Source of the DNA: Rhodospirillales bacterium
GTDB lineage: Bacteria > Pseudomonadota > Alphaproteobacteria > SMXQ01
DNA length: 64,000 bases
NCBI GenBank assembly: GCA_018666775.1
Contig: JABIXC010000010.1
Location: 193,079 to 257,078, forward strand
Direction of reading: 5' to 3'
Made by a program: the position numbers and the translations under genes. This document shows positions 55,667-64,000 of this stretch, in pieces (the stretch's first letter is position 1; each line of letters starts with the position of its first letter). The notes under the pieces are model-generated. The model was given only the letters and a program-made list of their open reading frames with translations, ran no database searches and was not told the origin of the DNA.

Positions 55667-57109
55667 TCAGCCTCCATTCGCTGCGGTTGGGGTGGATGGC
55701 GGTATTGAAAGCGCTTCAACGACCGTGCCCAGATGTTGGCTGTTTGATGCCTTGACCAGCACCACGTCACCCGATTGCAAAGTGCGTTCCAGCAGGGGAA
55801 CCAGTTCATCAGCGTGGGTTGTGTGGCCGCCGCGTTTGGAACGGGGCAGGGCATCATCAAGGTGCATCATGTTGTCGCCCGTGGTCAGGACCAGATCGAC
55901 CCCGGATGCAAGAAGATCTTCGGCCAGTCCTTCGTGGGTTCTGGCAGAGCCATGGCCCAATTCCAGCATATCGCCCAGAACGGCAATGCGTCGGCCACCG
56001 TCGCCGGGGATGCATTCTGCCAATACCTTGAAGGCGGCGCGCATGGAGGCTGGGGATGCATTGTATGAATCATCAATCACCGTTGCCGTGCTGCCGTCAT
56101 TCAAAATGACGGAAAGCCGTCGCCCGCGTCCAGCCGGGGTTGGCATGGTGCCCAGCATGTGTAGTGCGCCATCAAGATCACCACCCCCAACCTGGATTGC
56201 GGCTAGCACAGCCATGGCGTTTTGTGCGGAATGGCGCCCTGGCAGTGCCAGAGAGAAATCAATCACGGTGCCCATGACATCGGCAGAGACAATGGATGCG
56301 CCATTGCCCCGGAAAGAAAGCAGGCGAACGTCTGAGCTTGGGTTTTCCCCAAAGGACACAATGCGGTCAATGCCGCGGGTTCGGGCCTCATTAGCAAGCA
56401 GGTCAAAATAGGGGTTGTCGCGGTTGAGGATGGCCGTGCCCGCACCGCGCATGCCATCGAAAATTTCGGATTTGGCAAAGGCGATTTCTTCAACGGATTT
56501 GAAAAATTCCAGATGCACCGCTTCGACGGTGGTGATGATAGCAATTTCGGGATAGAGCAGCCGTGAAAGTGGTGTGATTTCGCCCGCATGGTTCATGCCG
56601 ATTTCGAACACACCGAAATCGCTGTCGCCATGCATCCGGGCCAAAGATAAAGGCACCCCCCAGCGGTTGTTAAGATTGCCCTGGCTGGTTGTGACCGTCC
56701 CCGATGGTGCCAATGCCGCGCCTAAGGCTTCCTTGGTGCTGGTTTTGCCAACGCTGCCCGTGATGGCAATGATTTTAGCATCGGCGCGTTTGCGCGCAGT
56801 CCGGGCCAGCTTCATCAGACCGGCATAGGTGTCATCGACGATCAATAGGGGATGTCCGCCGCCGTGATCTGATGGGATGTGTTCAACCATTGCCGCCGCC
56901 GCCCCTGCAGCAAAGGCATCATCGAGAAAAATATGGGCATCGCGATTTTCACCACGGATGGCAATGAACAGATCGCCGGGTTCCACAGTGCGGGTGTCAA
57001 TGCTTACCCCTTGTGCAAGCCAGGGTTGGGTTGAATGTCCCCCGGTGGCAGCCTCTGCCTCTGTAGCGGTCCACAATGGTGTGGTGGGAGATGGGATGGT
57101 CGCCGTCAT
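55667..57109 (-). CDS. murF: UDP-MurNAc-tripeptide--D-Ala-D-Ala ligase
   Basis: SIDTR, ITGSVGKTSTKE, EIGMNHAGEI, IDDSYNASP, LGDMLELG, LVKAS. Confidence 0.97.
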   Translation of the reverse strand: MTATIPSPTTPLWTATEAEAATGGHSTQPWLAQGVSIDTRTVEPGDLFIAIRGENRDAHIFLDDAFAAGAAAAMVEHIPSDHGGGHPLLIVDDTYAGLMKLARTARKRADAKIIAITGSVGKTSTKEALGAALAPSGTVTTSQGNLNNRWGVPLSLARMHGDSDFGVFEIGMNHAGEITPLSRLLYPEIAIITTVEAVHLEFFKSVEEIAFAKSEIFDGMRGAGTAILNRDNPYFDLLANEARTRGIDRIVSFGENPSSDVRLLSFRGNGASIVSADVMGTVIDFSLALPGRHSAQNAMAVLAAIQVGGGDLDGALHMLGTMPTPAGRGRRLSVILNDGSTATVIDDSYNASPASMRAAFKVLAECIPGDGGRRIAVLGDMLELGHGSARTHEGLAEDLLASGVDLVLTTGDNMMHLDDALPRSKRGGHTTHADELVPLLERTLQSGDVVLVKASNSQHLGTVVEALSIPPSTPTAANGG

Positions 57110-58608
57110 TTAGGGGCATCCTCCCGGGAAATGGCTTGGGTGATTTCATCGGCGTCAAAGAAAGGTAAAACCTGATCGCCAATGATTTGGCCGCGTTCAT
57201 GGCCTTTCCCGGCAACCACGAGAATGTCACCCGCCCCCAGTTCGGAAATGGCGGTTTGAATGGCATCATGACGATTGGCAATGACACGAATGTCGGTTTG
57301 ATCCGGCACGCCTGCAAGAATATCGCGGCGGATGGTATCGGCATTTTCGTTGCGCGGGTTGTCATCGGTGACAATAACCCGGTCCGCAGATTGGGCTGCG
57401 ATCAGCCCCATTTCAGGGCGTTTGCCACGATCCCGATCGCCGCCACAGCCAAAGACAATTGAAAGCCGGCCCGTCGCATGGGGCCGAAGGGCGGACAGGG
57501 CATTGGCCAGTGCATCGGGGGTGTGGGCATAATCAACGAAGGCAGCGCCGCCATTTTTGCGGGACCCAATCAGTTCCATGCGCCCGGGCGCGCCCACAAG
57601 ATGGGGAATGGCCCCAAGGGCAGCACTTGTTTCGCCGCCACAGGCCATGACCAGACCTAAAGCACAAGCCACGTTTTGAATTTGAAAGCCGCCCACCAGC
57701 GGCACATTGATGTCTTGGGTGGTGCCATTGATATCCAGACTGACCAATTGGCCAAGGCCCTGGGGCCGGTGGCGCATAATTTTGATATCGGTGCCGGCAA
57801 TGCCATAGCTGATGATGCGGATGCCACGATTGGTGGCAATGTCACAAAGGCGTTCAAATTCAGGAATATCGGCATTGAGAACGGCAATGCCCCCTTCTGG
57901 CAAGAGGTCCGAAAACAGCCGGGCCTTGGCCATGAAATAGTCCTGATCGGTGCCGTGATAATCCAGATGATCCCGGGTGATGTTAGTGAAGGCGGCGGCT
58001 TGCAGACGAACACCATCAAGGCGGAATTGATCAAGCCCGTGGGAGGATGCTTCCAGCGCTAAATGACTGACCCCGCGTATTGTCAGGCGCATCAAGGTGT
58101 CATGCAGGGTTACAGGATCGGGCGTGGTGAGGGTGCCCGGTTCTTCTATCTCTGGTGCGCTAATCCCGAGAGTCCCCATGGAGGCTCCGGGTAAATTCAT
58201 GTGCGCCCAGATTTGGCGAACAAAACTGGCGACGGATGTTTTGCCGTTGGTGCCGGTTACGGCGCAAATGGTATCGGGCTGTTCAGAGAAAAACCGGGCG
58301 GCCATGATGGACAGGCGCCTTCTTGGTTCTGCATCTTCAACGATCGGAATATTGCCAAGGTTTGGCAGATCGGAAATTTCAAGGGCCGTGCCTGTGGGTG
58401 CCAAGATGGCAGCGGCACCCCGGGAAAGGGCATCAGAAATGTAGCTGCGCCCATTTTCATGGTTGCCCGCACTGGGAAGGGCCGCAAACAGATTGCCGGG
58501 CTGGACCTTGCGGCTGTCTGCCGTCAAACCGGTAATCTCGACTTTTTGTACTGCTTTACTTTGTGCCAATGGGTCACCTTCGTCGTCAATAAGTTCAGAA
58601 AGAAGCAA
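57106..58608 (-). CDS. murE: UDP-MurNAc-dipeptide--meso-DAP ligase
   Basis: VTGTNGKTS, LTTPD, EASSHGL, VDYAHTPDAL, GCGGDRD, DNPR (mDAP-specific), AGKGHE; TTG start. Confidence 0.97.
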   Translation of the reverse strand: MLLSELIDDEGDPLAQSKAVQKVEITGLTADSRKVQPGNLFAALPSAGNHENGRSYISDALSRGAAAILAPTGTALEISDLPNLGNIPIVEDAEPRRRLSIMAARFFSEQPDTICAVTGTNGKTSVASFVRQIWAHMNLPGASMGTLGISAPEIEEPGTLTTPDPVTLHDTLMRLTIRGVSHLALEASSHGLDQFRLDGVRLQAAAFTNITRDHLDYHGTDQDYFMAKARLFSDLLPEGGIAVLNADIPEFERLCDIATNRGIRIISYGIAGTDIKIMRHRPQGLGQLVSLDINGTTQDINVPLVGGFQIQNVACALGLVMACGGETSAALGAIPHLVGAPGRMELIGSRKNGGAAFVDYAHTPDALANALSALRPHATGRLSIVFGCGGDRDRGKRPEMGLIAAQSADRVIVTDDNPRNENADTIRRDILAGVPDQTDIRVIANRHDAIQTAISELGAGDILVVAGKGHERGQIIGDQVLPFFDADEITQAISREDAPK

Positions 58609-60310
58609 GGTCTTTACCCCGTCGCCTACCAGCGATTGTCGGAATGTGAATGTTCAGGGCCTTTCGGACCTGTTTGGAATTTTCGTCTGTTGGTGCGATG
58701 CCCAACAGGGGGGCGGCGCGGGAAATAAACCGGCTGACCACCGGTGCTGTGACCCAGCCGCCCGTGGCGTAGCCATGGGTGCGGGCATTGCCATGGGGTT
58801 CATCGACCAGCGCCAGCACGACATAACGCGGCTTTGTCATGGGGAAGACGCCAACAAAAGAAGATATCAATGCTTTGGCGCGATACCCCCGGGTGCCAAT
58901 CTTTTCCGCAGTGCCGGTTTTTCCGCCAACCAGATAACCCGGCGCGCGGGCTTTTTTCCCGGTGCCGTTGGTCACCACAAGGCGTAGAAGTTTCCGCATG
59001 TTCCGCGACGTGCGGGCTTTGAGTACCCGTTCGCCTTCAACTGGTTCATGCTTCGATGATTTAAGAAGACTGGCGGGGCGTAAAATGCCGCCATTGACGA
59101 CCGATGCAACCGCCTGGGTCAACTGTACCGGGGACACGGCAATGCCATGGCCAAACGAAATTGTCATGGTGTTGATTTCGCGCCACGGCGTGGGCACCAG
59201 AGGCGCGCCAACTTCTGGAACTTCAATGCTTGCCGGGCGCAGCAGACCAAGACGAGCTAGATAATGTTTCTGGGTTTTGGTGCCCACGTCCAAGGCCATT
59301 TTTACCGAGCCGACATTGGATGAATACATGAAAATTTCAGGGACACTGAGCCAGCGCTTTTTGGAATGGAAATCGCTGATGGTGAATCGAGCAACACGGA
59401 TCGGGTTGGATGCATCATAGCCGCCGCGCATGCCGACGACGCCGCTGTCCAGTGCCATGGCGGTTGTGAAAATCTTGAATGTGGAGCCCATTTCATAGAC
59501 CCCCATCGTTGCCCGGTTGAAAAGGGCCTTGTTGGGAATGCGGTTGGGGGTGTTGGGATCAAAGTCAGGCAGCGATACCATGGCGATGACCTCGCCTGTT
59601 TGGGCATCCATCACCACGCCGGTCCCACCGACTGCACGGAACCGCATTACGGCAGCGCTTAGTTCCTGATGCAGAATGTGCTGGATGCGAATGTCAATAG
59701 ACAATTGCAGGGGCTTGGTTCTGGCGTGCAGGGTATCGTTAAATCTTTTTTCAATACCAGCGAGCCCAATCCCATCGGTGCCGGTGAAGCCCAGAAAGTG
59801 AGCGCCCAATCGGCCGTGGGGATAAACCCGGCGTTCTTCGCGTTGGAAATAGAGCCCGGGGATGCCTTCTCGGTTAACGGCATATTGCTGGCGGGGTGTC
59901 AGGTGGCGTTTAAGCCAGACAAAGCCACGATCAGAAGCAAGTTTGGTCTTTACAATGGATTTGCGCAGATCGGGTAGGGCGCGAACCAGTTTGTTGGTGG
60001 CAGCCCGGGGGTCGATCACCAAGCGCGGGTTGGCATACAGGGATGCGGTGTTAAGGGACGTTGCCAGAACGATGCCGTTGCGATCAGTGATATCGGCTTG
60101 TCCTGCGGTGAAATTCGGGCTGCGCTTGGACTGGGCCAGACGGGGCTCACCGGTGGGTTTGACGATGGCAACATCGGCCAAGCGGAACCCAATGGCGGTA
60201 AAGGCAACGGCGAAAAGAACCGCGCCTACCAGCAACCGGGTGCGCCCGGTTTCTATGGCGACCCGGTTGGCGCTATCCATTTGGGTTCTTGTTGCGACGG
60301 GCGGGATCAT
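58595..60310 (-). CDS. ftsI: Penicillin-binding protein 3
   Basis: ITDRNG, SxxK (STFK), SxN (SSN), KTG motifs; position in the dcw cluster. Confidence 0.96.
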   Translation of the reverse strand: MIPPVATRTQMDSANRVAIETGRTRLLVGAVLFAVAFTAIGFRLADVAIVKPTGEPRLAQSKRSPNFTAGQADITDRNGIVLATSLNTASLYANPRLVIDPRAATNKLVRALPDLRKSIVKTKLASDRGFVWLKRHLTPRQQYAVNREGIPGLYFQREERRVYPHGRLGAHFLGFTGTDGIGLAGIEKRFNDTLHARTKPLQLSIDIRIQHILHQELSAAVMRFRAVGGTGVVMDAQTGEVIAMVSLPDFDPNTPNRIPNKALFNRATMGVYEMGSTFKIFTTAMALDSGVVGMRGGYDASNPIRVARFTISDFHSKKRWLSVPEIFMYSSNVGSVKMALDVGTKTQKHYLARLGLLRPASIEVPEVGAPLVPTPWREINTMTISFGHGIAVSPVQLTQAVASVVNGGILRPASLLKSSKHEPVEGERVLKARTSRNMRKLLRLVVTNGTGKKARAPGYLVGGKTGTAEKIGTRGYRAKALISSFVGVFPMTKPRYVVLALVDEPHGNARTHGYATGGWVTAPVVSRFISRAAPLLGIAPTDENSKQVRKALNIHIPTIAGRRRGKDLASF

Positions 60311-60639
60311 GGCCCCACCTTCCGGGCTTGCACAGAAGCTTCGGGAATTTGGGCCAGTTCTGCTGGACGGAAGGGCAGGGACCCAATGGTGCCAATCTGT
60401 GCCGTGGACGGGGTGGTGAGCTTGAGAAACCGTCGGCTCAGTTTCTCAAGGCGCTGAGGCCGATTGAGATAAGCCCATTCGGCGTGAAGCACGTGGGTTT
60501 GTTCTTGTTCGTTGATGATGGCGGCATTAAGCCGGTTCAGCCGATCTTCAAGGGTTTGAACTTTGTATTTGACGTGAAAGAGACCGAAGCCAACAAAGGC
60601 AGCAAGAATAATCCAGAACAGTGTGGTCCGTCCCTTCAT
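60307..60639 (-). CDS. ftsL: Cell division protein FtsL
   Basis: Short TM plus coiled coil, [15 protein letters not shown] typical of alphaproteobacterial FtsL; between rsmH and ftsI. Confidence 0.85.
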   Translation of the reverse strand: MKGRTTLFWIILAAFVGFGLFHVKYKVQTLEDRLNRLNAAIINEQEQTHVLHAEWAYLNRPQRLEKLSRRFLKLTTPSTAQIGTIGSLPFRPAELAQIPEASVQARKVGP

Positions 60640-61685
60640 GCCCCCGCCTTTCTCTTGGTGTCTTGGGGGGCGTCTTTGGGGGCCTCCAGGGGAGTATCGG
60701 TTCTGATGGCGGCGCGCAATCGTGCGGAACGGGATCGCGGATTGCTTCGGGTTTCGCCGTCCAAAGGTTTGGTTACGCCACGTTTGACGAGATGAAATGT
60801 GGGCGCGGCCTCACGCTCGGTCCCCCGGGAGGGGAGGGACGGCTGGTGGCGTGAAGGCCGCGCCTTGGAACCGCAGCGGGTAGATAAAAATGTTTTAACA
60901 CTGCGGTCCTCAAGAGAATGGAATGAAACGACGACCAAGCGCCCGCCGGGCCGGAGTAACGCCTCGGCCGATTTCAGGCCCCGGGCCAGTTCTCCTAATT
61001 CGTCGTTCACATAGATGCGAAGCGCTTGAAAGGTTCGGGTGGCGGGATCAAGGGTGGCTCGGCCGCGCCCGCCGGTGCGTTTTGAGCCGGTGCGTTTTGA
61101 AATTGTGCGCCGCACAATGTCCGCAAGGACCTGGGTCGTTTCAATGGGGGCAATGGCGCGCGCAGCAACAATGGCGCGCGCGATGGCACGGGACAGACGT
61201 TCTTCACCATATTGATAGATGACATTGGCCAGTTCTTCTTCGGCCAATGTGTTGACGGCATCAGCGGCACTGGTGCCATCGCTTCCCATGCGCATGTCCA
61301 GCGGGCCATCGCCCTGGAATGAAAACCCGCGTTCGGGGTTGTCGATCTGAAAGGAGGAAACCCCAAGATCAAGCACAATGCCATCAACACCATCGACGCC
61401 TTGGGCTTTGATCAAATTTTCCATGTCACCGAAACAGCCACCCAGAACCGTTAACCGGCCATCATAGTCGCGCGACATTTCGGCCCCACGGGCCACGGCC
61501 GTTTCATCGCGATCAATGGCCCAGACCGTACAGTCGGCAGCATCAAGAATGGCGCGGCTGTAACCCCCGCCTCCGAAGGTGCCATCGAGATAGGTTTCAC
61601 CAGCGACAGGGGCAAGGGCGCTCAGCACTTCATTGATCATGACGGGCGTATGGGTTGGGGGTGTTTGCGCGCGCATCATGGTCAT
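60636..61685 (-). CDS. rsmH: 16S rRNA m4C1402 methyltransferase
   Basis: [60 protein letters not shown]. Confidence 0.98.
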   Translation of the reverse strand: MTMMRAQTPPTHTPVMINEVLSALAPVAGETYLDGTFGGGGYSRAILDAADCTVWAIDRDETAVARGAEMSRDYDGRLTVLGGCFGDMENLIKAQGVDGVDGIVLDLGVSSFQIDNPERGFSFQGDGPLDMRMGSDGTSAADAVNTLAEEELANVIYQYGEERLSRAIARAIVAARAIAPIETTQVLADIVRRTISKRTGSKRTGGRGRATLDPATRTFQALRIYVNDELGELARGLKSAEALLRPGGRLVVVSFHSLEDRSVKTFLSTRCGSKARPSRHQPSLPSRGTEREAAPTFHLVKRGVTKPLDGETRSNPRSRSARLRAAIRTDTPLEAPKDAPQDTKRKAGA

Positions 61686-61697
61686 GACGGGATTACC

Positions 61698-62186
61698 TCA
61701 TCGATCCTTATCGCGAGATGTGTCGCGCGATGTGTCTCGGGGGGCAAGCGCCAGGGTTGCGCGTCTCTCCCGAGCCCGGACCCGGGCTTCGTTCTGATGG
61801 TCTTCAAATGCTTTTGGTTCCCAAATTTGAAACGTCGCGCCCCGGCCAACGAAAGCGGCCTGGTTTTTGATGCCTGCGTGTTCAATGAGTTGGGGGGGCA
61901 AAACGATGCGCCCATCCCCATCAATCGGGATCTGATGGGAATCGGCAAAAATGGTAGAGGCAAGGTCGTCTTGTTCTTCGGAGAACTGTTCCAGCAGGTC
62001 AACGCTTTGGGATAATTGTTCCATGCGGTCCATTGCGCAGGCTTCAATGACGGCCGCGCGGTAGGAACGGAAGGCAACAACACCCTTGAAGGATTGCCCC
62101 TTAAGGGCCGCCCTGTATGGTGCGGGGACGGAAATCCGCCCTTTTTGGTCCACCTTGTTGATAAACGTGGACAGGAACAATGCCAT
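61698..62186 (-). CDS. mraZ: Division/cell wall cluster transcriptional repressor MraZ
   Basis: NKVDQKGRISVPAPYR and IDGDGRIVLP (two DxxGR repeats), FVGRGATFQIW. Confidence 0.96.
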   Translation of the reverse strand: MALFLSTFINKVDQKGRISVPAPYRAALKGQSFKGVVAFRSYRAAVIEACAMDRMEQLSQSVDLLEQFSEEQDDLASTIFADSHQIPIDGDGRIVLPPQLIEHAGIKNQAAFVGRGATFQIWEPKAFEDHQNEARVRARERRATLALAPRDTSRDTSRDKDR

Positions 62187-62288
62187 CTGAATACTACCTG
62201 TCTAGTCACGATGCCCATGGAGGAATTTGTGCCCCCTTTGCACGCTGTAACGTGCGTCCCGAACGGTCCCCCTCGGACCAGCCCTTTA

Positions 62289-62333
62289 TGGGATAATCTG
62301 GGATACCATGGGATTGTATGGTCGTCAATGGGA
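62289..62333. promoter_or_regulatory. MraZ-type direct-repeat operator (TGGGA, 10-bp period)
   Basis: TGGGA at 62289, 62299, 62309, degenerate TGGTC at 62319, TGGGA at 62329, ~100-150 nt upstream of mraZ. Confidence 0.75.
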
Positions 62334-62362
62334 ATTCAATAGAATTTCGTGGTAAATAAAGG

Positions 62363-62378
62363 GTTAACGTGCCGTTAA
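62363..62378 (-). promoter_or_regulatory. CtrA-binding site upstream of the dcw cluster
   Basis: Minus strand TTAA-CGGCACG-TTAAC matches TTAA-N7-TTAAC exactly. Confidence 0.65.
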
Positions 62379-62538
62379 GGCACCCAAATTTGGTTTGCAA
62401 TCCGCCCAGCGGTTCGCCCAGAAATTAGCCCCGATTTCTGGCCAGAGATTGGATAAACCTGTCGCTGTTGAGAATGCGAATTTTGCTGCCTTTTGGGGCG
62501 GCAATGTGTTCGGTTGATGGTTTTTTCAGGAAATTAAA

Positions 62539-62933
<395 letters not shown>

Positions 62934-62982
62934 GCCCTTAATGTGGGCCGGAAGGGCTAAAAGGTCAACTGTGGCGGTAAAA

Positions 62983-63696
62983 TCAGGTTTTGACGGCATT
63001 TAGCCAGTTAAGGATGGCCAAATCAGTGCTGTCGGGCGATTTATTCAGCAATTCAGGGCGAAAATGTCTGTGAAAGGCGGAAATCACGGCATTTTCCTGC
63101 CCATTTTCGATGAAATAGCCAAAATTTTCCATCTCATGGCGTAAAACATCATGATCCAAGGGTGAATTATTGGGGGAAACCATATTCTGGATAAGTGATT
63201 TTGGCGGGAAAATGCCAATGCCTTCGGCTGCCAGGGCTTGCCAGTCAAAGCGTTCGCCGGGGTCGGTCTTGCGAAGCGGTGCAATGTCGGAATGTCCAAG
63301 AACGCGGTGCGCAGCAATTGGGTGGCGCGCCAGAATGACATGGGCAAGAGAGATCAGGGCATTCATTTGGGGTTCTGGGAAATCCCGGTATCCAAATTCA
63401 TGGCCGGGGTTAACCAGCTCAATAGCAATAGAACAGGAATTGATATCCGTTTTTTCTTCCCACTGGGCAAGTCCGGCATGCCATGCGCGATTGTCTTCAT
63501 CGACCAGGGCAAAAATTTGGCCTTGTTCATCGATCATATAATGTGCGCTGACTTTGGCTGCCGGGTCGCACAGACGATGGGATGCGGCTTCAGCACTTTC
63601 CATGCCGGTGTAATGCAGGACCAGCATGTCGATTTTGGCACCGGTCGCGCGGGCATCAAAATTGGCAGAAGATTGTTGGATCATGTCAAAAGCCAT
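62983..63696 (-). CDS. N-acetylmuramoyl-L-alanine amidase (Amidase_2, AmpD/AmiD-like)
   Basis: LVLHYTG, VSAHY, RAWHAG, SIAIEL, GHSDIAPLRKTDPG, AFHRHFRP. Confidence 0.93.
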   Translation of the reverse strand: MAFDMIQQSSANFDARATGAKIDMLVLHYTGMESAEAASHRLCDPAAKVSAHYMIDEQGQIFALVDEDNRAWHAGLAQWEEKTDINSCSIAIELVNPGHEFGYRDFPEPQMNALISLAHVILARHPIAAHRVLGHSDIAPLRKTDPGERFDWQALAAEGIGIFPPKSLIQNMVSPNNSPLDHDVLRHEMENFGYFIENGQENAVISAFHRHFRPELLNKSPDSTDLAILNWLNAVKT

Positions 63697-63770
63697 GAAG
63701 CATTTTTACCCCTGTCCTGACGTTGACGCTAGTCCCAACCTTGCCACACTCTATTCCTGGGTGATGGCGA

Positions 63771-64000
63771 TCAGTCCAGAAGCGTCCGCAGGGTTTTTGC
63801 CAGGTCTTGCCTTAGATAAGGTTTTGGCAGCAACGTGATCCCGGGTTGAACGGTATCTTCAACGGGGTTCATGCCTTCGGGGTAGCCAGAAGTGTAGAGC
63901 ACCTTAATTTCAGGCAAGAGACGCCGCGCGTGCTTTGCGACTTCGATGCCGTTGATGCCTTTGGGTAATACAACATCGGTAAACAAAAGGTCTGGGGCCG
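63771..64000 (-). CDS. Receiver domain, 3' end of a response regulator or hybrid histidine kinase (partial)
   Basis: PDLLFTDVVLPKGINGIEVA...KVLYTSGY...LLPKPY; frame is open to the window edge. Confidence 0.85.
   Translation of the reverse strand, partial: APDLLFTDVVLPKGINGIEVAKHARRLLPEIKVLYTSGYPEGMNPVEDTVQPGITLLPKPYLRQDLAKTLRTLLD

Overview
Chromosomal window of an alphaproteobacterium, probably Rhodospirillales-like. This is inferred from the carA/yqeY/dnaG/rpoD layout, the SahR-metF-metH operon, the long-linker FtsZ, the dcw cluster extending to lpxC-bamD-recN-ligA, and a CtrA box. Most of it is core genome: partial carA, yqeY, dnaG, rpoD, ettA, mlaC/mlaA, sahR-metF-metH, thiC under a TPP riboswitch, a CLC channel, uvrD, prmA, aminopeptidase P, a complete minus-strand dcw cluster (mraZ to ligA), RNase P RNA and an amidase. 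Two accessory pockets stand out. (1) About 5.9-16.9 kb around tRNA-Ile2(CAT): a TctC plus fused TctA-TctB transporter, a VOC protein, a catalytic-domain-only MetE-like protein, an uncharacterised two-gene operon (Cys-rich 'SCEGH' protein plus TauD-like Fe/2OG oxygenase), a LuxR response regulator, a soluble chemoreceptor with three Aer2-type heme-PAS domains, and a signal-peptide-less TAXI-like protein. (2) About 34.5-35.7 kb: two paralogous DUF1127-like small proteins flank an unannotated ~120-nt candidate sRNA with its own sigma70 promoter and terminator. Two near-identical LysR-type palindromes suggest a VtlR/LsrB-AbcR-like regulatory module. No transposase, integrase, prophage or CRISPR array was seen. 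All calls come from motif recognition by eye; no database search was run.
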